Assembly: GCA_963788655.1 (NCBI GenBank)
Contig: CAWBHS010000052.1
Coordinates: forward strand, 1 to 43,085
Reading direction: 5' to 3'
DNA length: 43,085 nt
Origin: an uncultured Verrucomicrobiae bacterium
GTDB lineage: Bacteria; Verrucomicrobiota; Verrucomicrobiia; Limisphaerales; JAFGQR01
Under the pieces are notes generated by a model. It made no database searches. It was not told the origin of the DNA and was given only the letters and a program-made list of their open reading frames with translations. The translations under genes were made by a program, and so were the position numbers. This document shows positions 8,627 to 20,305 of this stretch, one piece after another; the stretch's first letter is position 1, and the number at the start of each line of letters is the position of its first letter.

Positions 8627-11600
8627 TTACTGTTTGTCTGCCCGCTGGGCCAGGATTGCTTGCGCGTGGCGGGCGTAGAGGCCGTGTAAATCGCCGGCGT
8701 ACTGGCGCAGGATTTTTTGCCCCAACCCTTCGTAGTCGCCGCAGCGATACAACGCGCGGGCCAACACCAGTTCGCTGAGAGCGCGGTTGCGCAGGGAAGT
8801 GTCCGTCCCGCTGGAAGGAGTGTTCTTCAGCGCGGTATTGATGTCATCGAAAGCATGACCGCTGACATCGGGCTTTTGCAGGAGCCGGGCCAAGGGTTGG
8901 GCGGCCGCCGGATTGCCCAGGCTCTCCAGAGCAATGGCCACCGCGCGGAAATGGGAGAATTCACTCTTCGCGTCCAATTGATCCACTTTTTCGAGAATGG
9001 GTGGCAAAGCACGCTCGGAGTGCGTTCGGCCAAGCGCAATGATCAAGCTGTCCAGAGTGACTCATGCTGGGACCGAACTGGCCCATGCCAGTGTAACGCC
9101 AGCCTTTGTCCCAACCCGTGGTAGCGACTGCGCGCAACAGGGTGTCGGCACCGGTGGCATCCTTCATCATTCCCAGGACGTGGGCGTAAATTAGCCGGGC
9201 CTGGTCGTCTTTGGCGTGGGCGTAGGCTTCGCGCAAAAGTGGTTGAGCGGTGTCGAATTGGGCCAGTAAGATTTCCAATCCGGTGTAATCATTCGTGACC
9301 CCGGCAACGGCCTGAGCAACCCGAGCTTTGGGCAAAGGGAACGAATCAGGTTCCGTGAGCACACTTTCCGGTAGATTGCCCTTTTTCACGAGGTGACGTT
9401 GCAGGGCTTTGATGTCGAGTTGCCGGGTGGCGCAACCTTGTTTCGCAATCATCGCGGCCGCCGTGCCGGCGGCGTAGCCCTGATTCTGAACGTCGGCCTG
9501 CATCCGAATCACCGGCAGCGCATCGCGATGGGCGCTGATACCCAAACCAGTCACCAGGATGCCGTCCAGACCCTTTGGCAGGAGGCAGCGATACGGCACA
9601 TGCACATCCACGTCATTGCGGTTCGGCGGCCGGATCATAAACATCGGATGCACGATGAAACCGTGTGTGTCGAAGTTGCTCCGCGAAATCACCACGGTGT
9701 CGGGAAACGTGCGGCCCAGCATCATGTCCATCGGTGACAAGGTGAAGTCACCGATGATTTGCCGACGTTCCCGTGTATCCACCAACTGGCCCAGATCGTA
9801 GGCACCCTGGAATTTTTGTTTGGCGGTCACCAGCACGCGCCATATATCAAAGATGTCCGTGTCATCGACGAACGTGTAATCGGTGTTGGTGTAGCGCGCG
9901 CCCAGCGCTTTGGGCGGCAGGCCGGTTCCTTGGACGGCCAGACTCGATTCATCGATGTAACGGCATTGGGCGCCCGCCGCGGCGGCGATGTCGGCGTTGC
10001 CCGTGGAATCAATGACCACCTTGGCCAGCACCACGCCCCGGCCTTGCGGTGTGGCTACGATCACACCTTTAACGCGGCCATTCTCGACGACCGCGCCGGC
10101 GCCCAGCGTACCGTACCAAAGGTCCACGCCCGCCCGGCGTAGCGCCTCGCGATACCATTCGATCTTGTGCTCGGGATTCCAACTGGCGCTGCTCAGGCGG
10201 TTGTTCTTTCCGTCAAACGCCGCCACGCCCTCGTTGATTTCTTTGGTAAAGCCCACCCGATTGCCGTGGTAATAACTGCTGATGAGCCCCATCGTGCCCA
10301 CGCCGCCCAAACCGTAGAGGTATTCAATGACCAATGTTTTGGCGCCTTGCCGTCCGGCGGCAATTCCTGCGGGAGCGCCGCCCGTGCCGCCGCCCACCAC
10401 CACCACGTCGTATTCGCCAAGCACCGACACCCCGTGCGCTTCGACCGGAACGGTTTCCTTGCCGGCGCGAGGATTGGCGGCCACTGGCACTTCGCTGATT
10501 TGGCCAGGTACCACGTCCTTGCCGGCGGAATCCGGCCAACTGCACGCCTTGCGGCTTCGCCAGGCTGGCAGCCAACTCGGCGGCTTTTTCACCGACCCGT
10601 TCACCGACGGCCATCGCGTTGACCGGCCGCTCCAATTTTGCCGCCACCTCACGCGAAACATCGGCGCAACCGCTGAGGACAAACACCTGCTCGCTTTCGG
10701 CGGGTCGCAACGCGTCGAGCGGCAATTGGTCGGCACCCGGCCAAGCGCTGGCAAAATGTTGCTTGCCCAGGATGTGACCGGGAGGCACCTGAAAGAGCAC
10801 TTCCGACGCGTCCAACGCTTGCGGCGTCCACGTCCAATCGCGGGCCAGTTGTTCCGCCGCGGAGAACGAGGCAAAGCTGGCGTCCTTCATCGGCAGTTTG
10901 AGCTGGTATTCGATCACCGAATGCGGCTGTTCCGCGCGGTCGTAGATGACCAGCGGTTGCGGTCGCTGCAATACGATGAGGTGGTCGTGTTGGGTTGGCT
11001 TGCCGCCAACCACGACCCGAGTGAACACCTGGTCGCCGCCCGGATAATCTGTCATCACCGCTTTGGCCAGGCGCGCCACTGTGGCCCGTTCGGTAGCGTC
11101 AATGATCACTTTGGCGATCACGGCCTGACGGCCCGAACGATTGGCTACCACCACACCGGCCGGATAGCCATTCGCATCCGTCAGCAGGTCGGTGGCCGGA
11201 CACGCGTAGAGGAACGGCACTTTGGCGCGGAGCAACGCTTGATCCAACACCCGCTTGACCTGCATCGGCTTCACCGCCCGCGGCGCCGGTGTCGGCGCGG
11301 CGACATTTTCATCGCTGGGGCCGGACACCACAATTTCGCCCAGCAGGACGCGTCCGGCTTCGGGGCCTTTGCGCACGTCGAACTTCAGATACCGTGTCTT
11401 GAGGTTCACGGCGGTGGACAATTTCAATGCCGCGTTTTCAAATGCGCCCTGGCCCAACTGGTCGTTCTTGATGGTGCCGGCGGAACTCCAGTTCGTGCCG
11501 TCATTGCCCGCCGAAACCAGGACGCTGGCCACGTCGAAGTCCGCATTACGCTGATAGGTCATAACGTTGATGCGGTTGACGTCCTGCTCCTTGCCGAGAT

Positions 11601-12084
11601 CGATCAATAGCGTCACGTCGCCGTTATATTGGACGCTTTGATTCGCGGCGCTCTGCCATTGGCCATCGGCCAGCTTGGAGGGCGGACTGGCATCCTTGTG
11701 CGGCGAGGTGGAAGGCAGGTTGGCGGTGTATTTAAACGGCAGCGACGGACCACCGCTCGCGGGCGTTTCCGGGAGGGCAAAGACTTCACGCGCCAAATCG
11801 GTCTGCGGTTCTTCGCCGGGCTCCAGCCACAGTCGATAGCTGGCGCATATATCCTCGCCGAGATACGGACGCGGGGCCGCCAGGAAAACTGTCGCGCCTT
11901 TGCGGGCGGCAGCCACTGCGGCAGAAACGCCCGCCGACGTTCCGCCGATAACCACCACGTCCACTTCTTCGAGTACCGGAAGGCGGCGCGCGGATTCAAC
12001 TACTTCTTTGGCTGGCAGGGAGGTTTGAGTCAGCGCCATGCAGGCGGCCCACAGCCACACTCGGCTAAACATTTTCTTTGTCAT
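8627..12084 (-). CDS. Secreted FAD-dependent oxidoreductase with two FAD-binding domains, an inserted discoidin/F5-8-like module and a C-terminal HEAT-like region; 2 frameshifts
   Basis: Two Rossmann starts (VDVVVIGGTSAGVSAA and YDVVVVGGGTGGAPAG), AKVIIDAT / AKVVIDSTGNADIA, IDLG-RYLKF discoidin pattern. Frames join near 10530 and 9058. Confidence 0.8.
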
Positions 12085-12252
12085 TCGTGCAGTCACAGAT
12101 TCGATTTGTAGTCCAGCATGCCGCAGTCGGCGCCGCATGGCAATCGCGTACAAGACTGTCGCTCGGTTCGTGGTTGATTGCCTCGGCAGTATCCGACTCC
12201 CTTGACGCGCGGGCCATTCATCTCCAACCTCGTGGAAACGTAGAATCTTATT

Positions 12253-12810
12253 GTGCAAAACAAGACTCATTGCCTCATTCGCGCGCAAGCGGTCCTCGTG
12301 GTTGTGGACATCCAGGAACGTCTGCTGCCGGCCATTCATGAAAAGGAGCGCGTCGTGGAAAATGCCGTACGCCTGATCAAAGGCGCGGCGGCGCTGGGCG
12401 TGCCCACGCTGTTCACCCAACAATACCGGAAGGGCCTGGGGCCCACAGTCGCGGAAGTGGCTGAAGCGTCGCCCTCGTTTGCGCCCATCGAGAAGTTGAC
12501 GTTTAGTTCGTGCGGCGAATCTGGGTTTCAGCAAGCCCTGGCAGGCACAGGGCGGACGGACGTCATTCTGTGCGGCATCGAAGCTCACGTTTGTGTTTCG
12601 CAAACCTGCCTGGACCTGCTTGATCAAGGATTGCGGGTCTTCGTAGTGGCGGATGCGGTGTCGTCGCGCACGCCAGATAATCATCGGCAGGGACTGGACC
12701 GGATGCGCGAGGCGGGGGCTACCACCGTTTCAACCGAGATGGTGCTCTTCGAACTGCTCGGCCGGGCGGGGACTGACGAATTCAAACAGATCTTAAATCT
12801 GGTGAAGTAG
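12253..12810 (+). CDS. Isochorismatase-family cysteine hydrolase
   Basis: LVVVDIQERL, TQQYRKGLGPT, EKLTFS, CGIEAHVCVSQT, VVADAVSSR. Confidence 0.92.
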   Translation: MQNKTHCLIRAQAVLVVVDIQERLLPAIHEKERVVENAVRLIKGAAALGVPTLFTQQYRKGLGPTVAEVAEASPSFAPIEKLTFSSCGESGFQQALAGTGRTDVILCGIEAHVCVSQTCLDLLDQGLRVFVVADAVSSRTPDNHRQGLDRMREAGATTVSTEMVLFELLGRAGTDEFKQILNLVK

Positions 12811-12815
12811 CCCGG

Positions 12816-13109
12816 TCAGTTCTCGGGCTTCTCGGTCAGTTGGAGAATTCGGAAATCGTCGAAACGAATCCAATCCTCGGCATCGTCCGGCCCGTGATAG
12901 CCCTGGATGCTGACTTGATCTGCTCCCGGCAAGGGGAGTTTGCCGGTGGTGACGGTTAGAAATTCACCCTTCGCCTCGGGCCGATATTGGGCGGTGAAGG
13001 TGTCCGCGGTGACGATCAGGCGCAATTGCACCGTGTCCTTGGTCATGAGCTTCCGGCCTGGGATAATCATCAATTGTCCGCCCACCCGTTCTTTGACCAG
13101 CTTGAACAC
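12816..13109 (-). pseudogene. Probable C-terminal fragment of a ConA/beta-sandwich (DUF1349-like) protein
   Basis: Beta-strand-rich VQLRLIV...AQYR...WIRFDDFRI. The upstream in-frame sequence is low-complexity repeat DNA rather than coding. Confidence 0.4.
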
Positions 13110-13470
13110 TGGTTTGCTTTTCGTAGGTGGAACCGGGGTGTCAATTCTCGACGGCCATGCCGAGGAAAATGGCCAATGGCCAATGGCCAAGCACCAAAGA
13201 AGACCCAACTTTCAACCCCCAATCCAAGTTCCAGAGCTGGCGGTGCGGGCTGGCGACGTAAGTCATCTTCATCAGATCCGGTGAGACGTGCCAGGCAGGG
13301 ATTGCCAACCGGTTCGCGACAAGTGGGGCGCCGAAAAGTTTACAGTTCACTGTCCCGATTGAAGACACTGGAATCATTGGGAAACTGAGGCCGGCGCGCT
13401 TTCAATATTGTAACGTGTTGATGGGCCTTAACCTTGGCAATTTGAATATTATTTTCGGCAAACTGGCCAA

Positions 13471-13486
13471 TTGGCATCCAAGTAGC
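13471..13486 (+). promoter_or_regulatory. Candidate sigma-54 (-24/-12) promoter of the pilin cluster
   Basis: TTGGCATCCAAGTAGC has exact GG-N10-GC spacing, lies 38 bp before the ATG and follows an AT-rich tract. The -12 box is TAGC rather than TTGC. Confidence 0.4.
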
Positions 13487-13524
13487 GAGGGGGATTACGA
13501 CGACAGAAACGGTTTGGGAAAAAA

Positions 13525-14043
13525 ATGAGAATTCGAACACATATTCGCAGGATACGGCACGCGGCCCAGGGCTTCTCCTTAGTGGAGGAGGTCGTCGCAA
13601 TGGGCATTGTTTCCATGATCTGCTTCGCCTGTTTGTCTTCGGTGACTTTTGCGCGGGCACAACGGTTTCGGGACCGCGAAGCGGGCATTGTGACCGATTT
13701 CTTGACGCATTACCTGGAGCATCTTAAGGCCCTGCCGTTCGAACAATTGGATCCGGGCCGGCCGTTGAACGGACTGTACGACGGCAGCGGCAACGGCCCC
13801 CGACTGGTCATCCCTCCGACTGGCCAATGGACGGATTTGCAGAATAACGACTACCTGGTGTTTCATCCGGATTTAGCCTGGCTGGAGAACCGCCATCCCC
13901 AATTTCGACTGAGCCTGACCAGCACGTCCGCCGGGGGCCAGGTTGAGAGCAAGCACGTCAAATTGGAATTGAAGTGGGATCAGCCTCTAAGCAACCGCGT
14001 GCTCACCAACCGGCTGGACATCGTCCGCGTGATAGACTTATGA
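13525..14043 (+). CDS. Type IV minor pilin / pseudopilin (PilV/GspI-like)
   Basis: Basic leader, then class III signal G|FSLVE with Glu5 and a hydrophobic helix. Confidence 0.75.
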   Translation: MRIRTHIRRIRHAAQGFSLVEEVVAMGIVSMICFACLSSVTFARAQRFRDREAGIVTDFLTHYLEHLKALPFEQLDPGRPLNGLYDGSGNGPRLVIPPTGQWTDLQNNDYLVFHPDLAWLENRHPQFRLSLTSTSAGGQVESKHVKLELKWDQPLSNRVLTNRLDIVRVIDL

Positions 14044-14071
14044 GAGACAGCCGGGCAACGGGAAATCAACG

Positions 14072-14686
14072 ATGAAGCTGGGATGCAACCATGATCCGAT
14101 TGGCCGCCGAAGTCGGGGCGAACGCGGCACCTCGATCGTGGAAATTCTTTTCGCTTCGTCCATCGGCATCCTGGTGTTGAGCGCGTTGATGGTCCTGTTC
14201 CTGGAAGCCGCCCAGGAGCAATCGCGGGGGATGGTCGAGGCCCAATTGCACAATGAGATTGGGCTGCTTCAGGACCGGATCACCCGGTTCCTGCACCAAA
14301 TGAGCGCGACCGAGAGCACTATTTTTAGTAATCCCGTTGAGAGCGGTTCGCCTTTCTACCAACGGATCATTGTCGCTCAGGGCAAAGCCCCCGGCGCGCC
14401 GCGGGAAGAACTGATCTACGATCCGCAAACCATGACGCTCGTCCACGATCCCAACCGTTCCGCGGACGGAGATGAAGTGGTTTTTCACGAGGCTTCCTCG
14501 ACGACAAAACTGCGCCGGGCTTGCTTCTATCCGTCGATGAAGCCGGGGGGGATGCCGGACTCGTCGTCGATCAACGTCTGGTTGGAATTGGACGACGATG
14601 GCGCGAGCCGACGTCATAATGCCGATGGCACCGTGCGCCGGACTTCCGTGGTGCGCACGTTTGTAGTGACCATGCGGAATCAATAA
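14072..14686 (+). CDS. Type IV minor pilin / pseudopilin (PilW/GspJ-like)
   Basis: RG|TSIVEILFASSIGILVLSALMVLF class III signal with Glu5. Confidence 0.75.
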   Translation: MKLGCNHDPIGRRSRGERGTSIVEILFASSIGILVLSALMVLFLEAAQEQSRGMVEAQLHNEIGLLQDRITRFLHQMSATESTIFSNPVESGSPFYQRIIVAQGKAPGAPREELIYDPQTMTLVHDPNRSADGDEVVFHEASSTTKLRRACFYPSMKPGGMPDSSSINVWLELDDDGASRRHNADGTVRRTSVVRTFVVTMRNQ

Positions 14687-14701
14687 ACCGAGTTCCCGTT
14701 T

Positions 14702-16402
14702 ATGAAAGTGATTGTTCAACGACGAGCCGCGGAGACGGGTTCGGCCCTGGTGGCGGCGGTCGTGTTTTCGTTTCTGGTGATGCTGGCCATCACGTCCACG
14801 ATGCAACTCAGCGCCTACCGGGTCCGGTTGGAGCACGGGCGCGCCCACTCCCAGCAGGCCTATTTTCACGCCGAGAACGCATTGAACTGGATCTGCCAGG
14901 CGATTGCCGATTCCGCGCAAGGGGGTGCCACGGCGCCGTTCCTCGGGCATTATTCGGTGCGGGACGGCACGTTGCACCTGACGTATCAAGAAGGGCTCAA
15001 AGACGGCGAAGACCCGCTCTTTGGAGATACCTGGGTAACCGTGCAAAACCACCCTTCGGGCTTGACGAATCTGTACCTGGTGACGGCGTCTTCGAAGGAA
15101 GGAAATCGGACCCGGACGTTGCAGGCCACCGTCCGCAAGAATCCCCCGAGCCTGGTTTTCGATTACGAATATTTCTTGAACAATTGGGGATGGTGGTGGG
15201 GATCTTCGATTACGGGCAACGGGGACAACCGGGCGAATTGGGATTTTGATTTTCAATACGGTCCCACCGTCAACGGATCGGTGCTGGCCAATGGCCGGAT
15301 CGAATCGGCCATGCAACCGGTCGATCCGTTGGCCGGTAATCCTCCCTTCCGCGGCCTGGCGGGGAACGAGCCGGTTGATTACATCAAGACCGGTGTCCCG
15401 CGGGTGTCCATGCCCAATCTCCTGGATTTCAGTTACTACATCCAAAAGGCGCAAGATGCGGGCGGCAAGCTGTATGTTGGCAATACCCTCAAAGTGAATG
15501 CGGTGCATAACGACAGCACCAAACCCGGCTTAGCTTTGGTCGGAACCACGGCTGAGCCTATCCGGATTGACGGCCCGGTGGTCATACCCGGCGACGTGGT
15601 CATCAAAGGCGTTATTTCGGGCACCGGAACCCTTTACGTGGGAGGCAACCTGTATGTCGCCGGCGATGTGACGTACAAAGACGGCCCAAGCTTCTATTCA
15701 CCGCCTACGCTCATGTCCGATAGCCAGCGGGATGCCTGGGTGGAAAATGCCGTGGATCAGCACAAAGATCTGGTGGCCTTCGCGGTGAATGAATCAATTC
15801 TTGGCGGCGACGTGAACAGCAGCGATTGGAAATCACGGTGTTATGATGCCGCGTACTATGGCCTGAAAAACGTCGGTAACGAAGCCGCCTTGGGCGAAGA
15901 TGGCATCCCCGGCACGCCGGACGATGGCGTGGCTTATCTCGATACCAATGGCGACGGCCAGCCCGATTCCGCCTGGTACGACGCCGATGGCGACGGGGCT
16001 ACGGACTACAACTACAATTACACCCAGCAGATTCAGATGAACTCGACGCGGGTCGGGAAGATTACCGACTATCCCACCGACCATGGCGAACCGGAGTCCT
16101 ACAATGCCGTGGCCAGCAATAACATGAATCGGCTGGACGGCATCTTCTACTGCAACCACGCCGTCGGTATGCGTTTGGCGAAAAACAACAGCGTCATGAA
16201 CGGCGCCCTGATTTGCCGGGACGAGGCCATCGTTTACAACAGCACACTCAAGTTCAACTACGATCCGCGCGTTCACAGCCGGTATTCGGATGATCCCAAC
16301 CGGTTCATCGATCTGGGCTTGCCCATCGCCCGGAAAGTGCGAATCGAGCATTTTGCCGAACTGGCCCCACAGGAAGGGTTCTTTAGCAGCGACGCAATGT
16401 GA
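14702..16402 (+). CDS. Large PilX/GspK-like pilin with C-terminal beta-solenoid-like and acidic Ca-binding-like region
   Basis: G|SALVAAVV signal without Glu5, QAYFHAENAL PilX N-terminal pattern, and DxD/NxDG motifs (DTNGDG, DADGDG). Confidence 0.75.
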   Translation: MKVIVQRRAAETGSALVAAVVFSFLVMLAITSTMQLSAYRVRLEHGRAHSQQAYFHAENALNWICQAIADSAQGGATAPFLGHYSVRDGTLHLTYQEGLKDGEDPLFGDTWVTVQNHPSGLTNLYLVTASSKEGNRTRTLQATVRKNPPSLVFDYEYFLNNWGWWWGSSITGNGDNRANWDFDFQYGPTVNGSVLANGRIESAMQPVDPLAGNPPFRGLAGNEPVDYIKTGVPRVSMPNLLDFSYYIQKAQDAGGKLYVGNTLKVNAVHNDSTKPGLALVGTTAEPIRIDGPVVIPGDVVIKGVISGTGTLYVGGNLYVAGDVTYKDGPSFYSPPTLMSDSQRDAWVENAVDQHKDLVAFAVNESILGGDVNSSDWKSRCYDAAYYGLKNVGNEAALGEDGIPGTPDDGVAYLDTNGDGQPDSAWYDADGDGATDYNYNYTQQIQMNSTRVGKITDYPTDHGEPESYNAVASNNMNRLDGIFYCNHAVGMRLAKNNSVMNGALICRDEAIVYNSTLKFNYDPRVHSRYSDDPNRFIDLGLPIARKVRIEHFAELAPQEGFFSSDAM

Positions 16403-16482
16403 TCTCAAGGACGCCTATGTTCTCCGTAACCGCTCCGATCTCAGAAGTGCGCGCGCAACGTGCCGGTCGTCGAAGTCCCGCG

Positions 16483-16869
16483 ATGCCGGTTTACGCCTCC
16501 CTTATCGCCATTCTGGTGTGGTTCGTGATCCCCATGGCACGGGCGGTGGACCCTTTGCCGCCGGATGTCGAGAATGCCGCTCCCGAAGTCCAAATGCGCT
16601 ATCTCGAACGAACGGGCCGCGAGAGTCATGAAAAGAAGCTGGAGGTGGGACAGAAACGCTACGAGCAGCGGGTCCGCACCCGGCAAGCGATCCACCAGCA
16701 GATGGCCGGGGAAGTGGCCAGCCGTCAGGCGCAAATGGGTGATGCCATGGCCATGTTCAGCACCGGCCTGCAGGGCGCCTCCCTGCTATTGATCGTGTTC
16801 GTCTTGTTCATCGGCGCGATCGTCGTGGGCTTGGGAGTCCGGGCTTGGTTGCGATTCCGCCACGGTTAA
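16483..16869 (+). CDS. Hypothetical membrane-anchored protein
   Basis: N-terminal signal-like segment, helical middle, C-terminal transmembrane helix with a basic tail. Start is uncertain (16399, 16417 or 16483). Confidence 0.55.
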   Translation: MPVYASLIAILVWFVIPMARAVDPLPPDVENAAPEVQMRYLERTGRESHEKKLEVGQKRYEQRVRTRQAIHQQMAGEVASRQAQMGDAMAMFSTGLQGASLLLIVFVLFIGAIVVGLGVRAWLRFRHG

Positions 16870-16890
16870 GTGGTAACAATTCAGCCAAAA

Positions 16891-17038
16891 GGGGAGCGCG
16901 CCCGCCTCGGGCGCTGTGGTGGGCGCCTCGCCAACCACTTTCGAACACCCCGAACAGCTCACTATTCAGTGACGGCTCTATCGCGGGGCCAACCGGTGAG
17001 GGCGCCGGTTGGCTGCGCCCGAGGCGGGCGCGCTCCCC
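16891..17038. repeat. REPIN-like inverted doublet between convergent genes
   Basis: Perfect 24-bp inverted arms GGGGAGCGCGCCCGCCTCGGGCGC (16891-16914) and 17015-17038, plus internal hairpin GCCAACCGG...CCGGTTGGC. Confidence 0.85.
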
Positions 17039-17076
17039 AATCACCATTGCATAGATACGGATAATGCAAAGCAGTC

Positions 17077-19411
17077 CTACTGCGCGTACGCCTGAAGCTC
17101 GCCGCAGGAGGAAAAGGCTTGTTGGGGATTGTCTCCCGACGATGGCTTGCCGATCACGCGGACAGCGAACGCCTTGACCGGTGAAGCCAAGCGCAGCGTA
17201 AACGTCTGGCCATCGTGGATACCGCCGGCTGAAGTGCTGGTGGTGGACGGGTAATCTGTCAATTCACCAATCGTCTCCCATTTTGCGTTTGGCGTCCGTC
17301 GCACTTGGATGCGGGGTTTGCCGTTGCTCGTATCGAACCAGCCGCCGTCGTGAAACGTGCTGCCGTGCGCGAAAACAATCCGCTGAATCGTGGCCGGTTC
17401 GGGCAACGTTACCGCGTACCAGTCCTCGTTCGCCGGTTGACCGTCGAAGGTCACCACGATGCTGCCGAGGTCGCCGTCGTTGATGGAGCCGTTCTGGTTG
17501 CCTTGTCGGGAACGGCTTTCCTGGCCGTCAGCCAGCACTGAATCGTTGGCTGGCCATGCGGCCCCCGGTGCCCGCAGCCAGACGCGATAAATGCCGCCGC
17601 TGCGGCCGGCGTCGGCGAACGGAACGAACGTGGCGGTTTGTGGCTCGGCCTGATTGCGGGAGCGCACCTTGGCTTCAAAGGTCAGATCATTACCGGACTT
17701 TAGCGTGCAGGCCGGTTGGTCTGGCTCCGTTACCAAGGCCAGCCGGGAAGGCGGAGGCAGACTGGGATTTTGCGTTGCGTCATACGCCAGCACCAGCGGG
17801 CCCCATTCCAACGCGGCGCGACCGGAATTGCTGTGTTCACCCAACACCATGCGGCCAGCCAACGAGTAGTTCAGGACCACCCGGTCGCCGTTTTTCCATG
17901 AGCGCGGCGGCACCACGAGCCAACCCTCCCGGACCTGGTATTTACCATCGGCGTCCGCCGCAAGCTGGGGAGTGCCGGCCCAATTCGGCACGCGAATTCT
18001 CAGACCGAACCTGGCAGTGCCAGCCAGTTGCACGCGGAAGGCGACTTCGCCCGAGCGCGGGAAATCCGTCACCTGTTTGACCGTGACTTCCTGGTCGCCG
18101 AAGCGAGTGGTGACGCTGGAGGGCCCGAGCAGATTGACGAGCAGGAACTCACCTCCATTCCCGCTGGCCGGGGTCTTCAAAAATGCACTTTGCGGCGCCA
18201 GCGCCATGCCGCGCGGTCCGCTTGAATGGCAGCAGTTGATGTCCGACCGGTAAACCTTCTTACCCGCCAACGGTGTGAAATAACACCAGTCATCCCCGCG
18301 CGGATTTTGGGCGGCGGCCAGATGATTCCAGAACGTGGTTTCCAATTGGTTGCCAAAGCGCGCTTCGCCAGTGAGCCGCAACAATTGCAGATTGAGTTGA
18401 ATCCAGGTCGTGGTGACGCACGTCTCCGCCACGTGGGCGCTTTCCTGGTTCGGCAATTGGTAGTCGTCGTGGAAGTGTTCGCCCTGGCTGGCGCTGCCGG
18501 TGAGATACAAACGCTTGGCCACAATGTCGCCCCAGGCGATCAGCACCGGTTCCAAATCTCGCCGTTCGCCCGTGGCGCGAGCCAGTTCGCAAAGTCCGAC
18601 CAGATTGGACAGCATTTCGTAGGCTTTGCCATTGGCGGTTCGATTGACCTGATGAGAACGTCAGCAAGGCGGCGATAATTTTCGGACCGTTGGGCTCGTC
18701 CCACGCCTTCACCAGATACCGGGCGAAGTCGAGGTAACGCGCGTCGCCGGTGAACCGGTAAAGCCGAACCATTGGCTCGAGGACACTGGTGGCGGCCATA
18801 CCCACGTGGGTGCCGGCAGACAGGATGCTCTTTTTGCCAGGACCAAACGTGTTAATGAGCAAGTCGCCGATCTTCCCGCAGGCCTTCAACGCGTCGTCGT
18901 CGCCGGTGAACTGGTAGTAAGTGAGCAGGCCGATCAGGTTGTATTTGTGCGACCAGACATCCCAATTTGCGCCCGGATACAGGCCGAAGCGTTTTTCCGG
19001 AACATAAGTGCCGAGATAGCCGTCTGGCTCCTGGCACTTGATCAACTCGGTCGCGGCGTAATCCAGCTTTCGGCGCAGAGCCGGATCGCCGGTGTAAGCC
19101 CAAGCCAGCGTGGCGGCGTGCATCCATTTGCCGATGTGCTCACCAATCCAGGGATGGGTCCCAGGCCGATGACGAAACCCGGCCAGCAATGGTTCCAGAT
19201 CGACTTGCACGAGCCGGTTCCGTTCATTGTTGGCCACACGCGTGCCCAAGAAGCCTTCGAGCGTGATGGCTGAAGGCGAGAGCAGTTCGGCGGCATCCGG
19301 CAGGCGCGCTGGTACCCGGAAGGGCACCAGTTCAATGGCCGCGGGAAGGGCGGTCCAAGTGGAAAGGGAGCACATCATGAAGCCGAGCGAGAAAAGCGTC
19401 GTGTGTTTCAT
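17077..19411 (-). CDS. GH127/GH146-like beta-L-arabinofuranosidase with C-terminal galactose-binding-like domain; 1 frameshift
   Basis: Signal peptide, GEHIGKW, DGYLG, KAYEML, AETC and NCC (Zn/catalytic cysteines of the HypBA1 family), GPLVLA. Frames join near 18655. Confidence 0.85.
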
Positions 19412-19537
19412 AAAGCAAAATCGCGGGGCCAGATGTACGACCACTCAGGCATTAATTCAAAGAGAAACTGAGCGATTCGGCGCCGGTTGAGCTTGGGTGT
19501 AACCAACGCCCTCGGTAGCCAACGTCTTCTCAAGGGT

Positions 19538-20299
19538 ATGGAAGTAACCGAAATGCCGGCATCCGGCTCCGCGCAAACCCAGCGCGGTTTTACGCTGATT
19601 GAACTCTTGGTGGTGATTGCCATCATCGCCATCCTGGCGGGGATGCTGTTGCCGGCCCTGGCCCAAGCCAAGGAGCAGGCCCGGCGCATTGCCTGTCTCA
19701 ACAACCTGCGGCAGATCGGTTTGTCGTTGCACATGTACACCAGCGAAAACGATGGTTTTCTGCCGCCCCGTTCGCATCCGTATCGTTGGCCGCAACGGTT
19801 GCTGGACGGCTACCGCGACCTGCGGTTGCTCGTCTGCCCGAGTGACGGGATTGATCCCAAGACCCTGGAAAACGACAGCTCGCAGTATCCCGCCGATGCC
19901 GCCCCGCGCAGTTACATCTACAATGCCTGGGATGATTTTTATCTCCAAAAGTATCCCTCCGGCGCCGACGCATCCGGTGCCAAATGGCGGAAAGTGGTGG
20001 CCACGAATTGGCTGGCGATCAATGAGACGGCCATCCGCGAGCCTTCCGAAACCATTGCCTTTGGCGAGAAACTTGAAACCTCCGGACACTGGTACTTCGA
20101 CTACGAAACGTACGAGGAAGTGACGCAGCTCAACCAATCAATGCACTCGACGAGACGGAAAGGGCAGGGGGGCGGGGCCGACTACATCTTCGTCGATGGT
20201 AGTGCGCGTTTTCTCCGCGCCGGAGAGTGTGTGTTTCCGATCAACCGGTGGGCGGCCGATCCGACCTGGCGCAACATTAGCGTGCCGACCGGGCCGTAG
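19538..20299 (+). CDS. Prepilin-type N-terminal cleavage/methylation protein (DUF1559 / H-X9-DG-like)
   Basis: [42 protein letters not shown], and C-terminal H...[10 protein letters not shown]. Confidence 0.92.
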   Translation: MEVTEMPASGSAQTQRGFTLIELLVVIAIIAILAGMLLPALAQAKEQARRIACLNNLRQIGLSLHMYTSENDGFLPPRSHPYRWPQRLLDGYRDLRLLVCPSDGIDPKTLENDSSQYPADAAPRSYIYNAWDDFYLQKYPSGADASGAKWRKVVATNWLAINETAIREPSETIAFGEKLETSGHWYFDYETYEEVTQLNQSMHSTRRKGQGGGADYIFVDGSARFLRAGECVFPINRWAADPTWRNISVPTGP

Positions 20300-20305
20300 C
20301 GGCGG

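Noticed and set aside
12085..12684. 200-aa N-terminal extension of the oxidoreductase ORF
   Set aside because: It overlaps the opposite-strand isochorismatase gene, and the signal peptide begins at 12084.
13168..13195. AATGGCC heptamer tandem repeat as a CRISPR or contingency locus
   Set aside because: Only three perfect copies with no spacers; it is a short intergenic low-complexity repeat.
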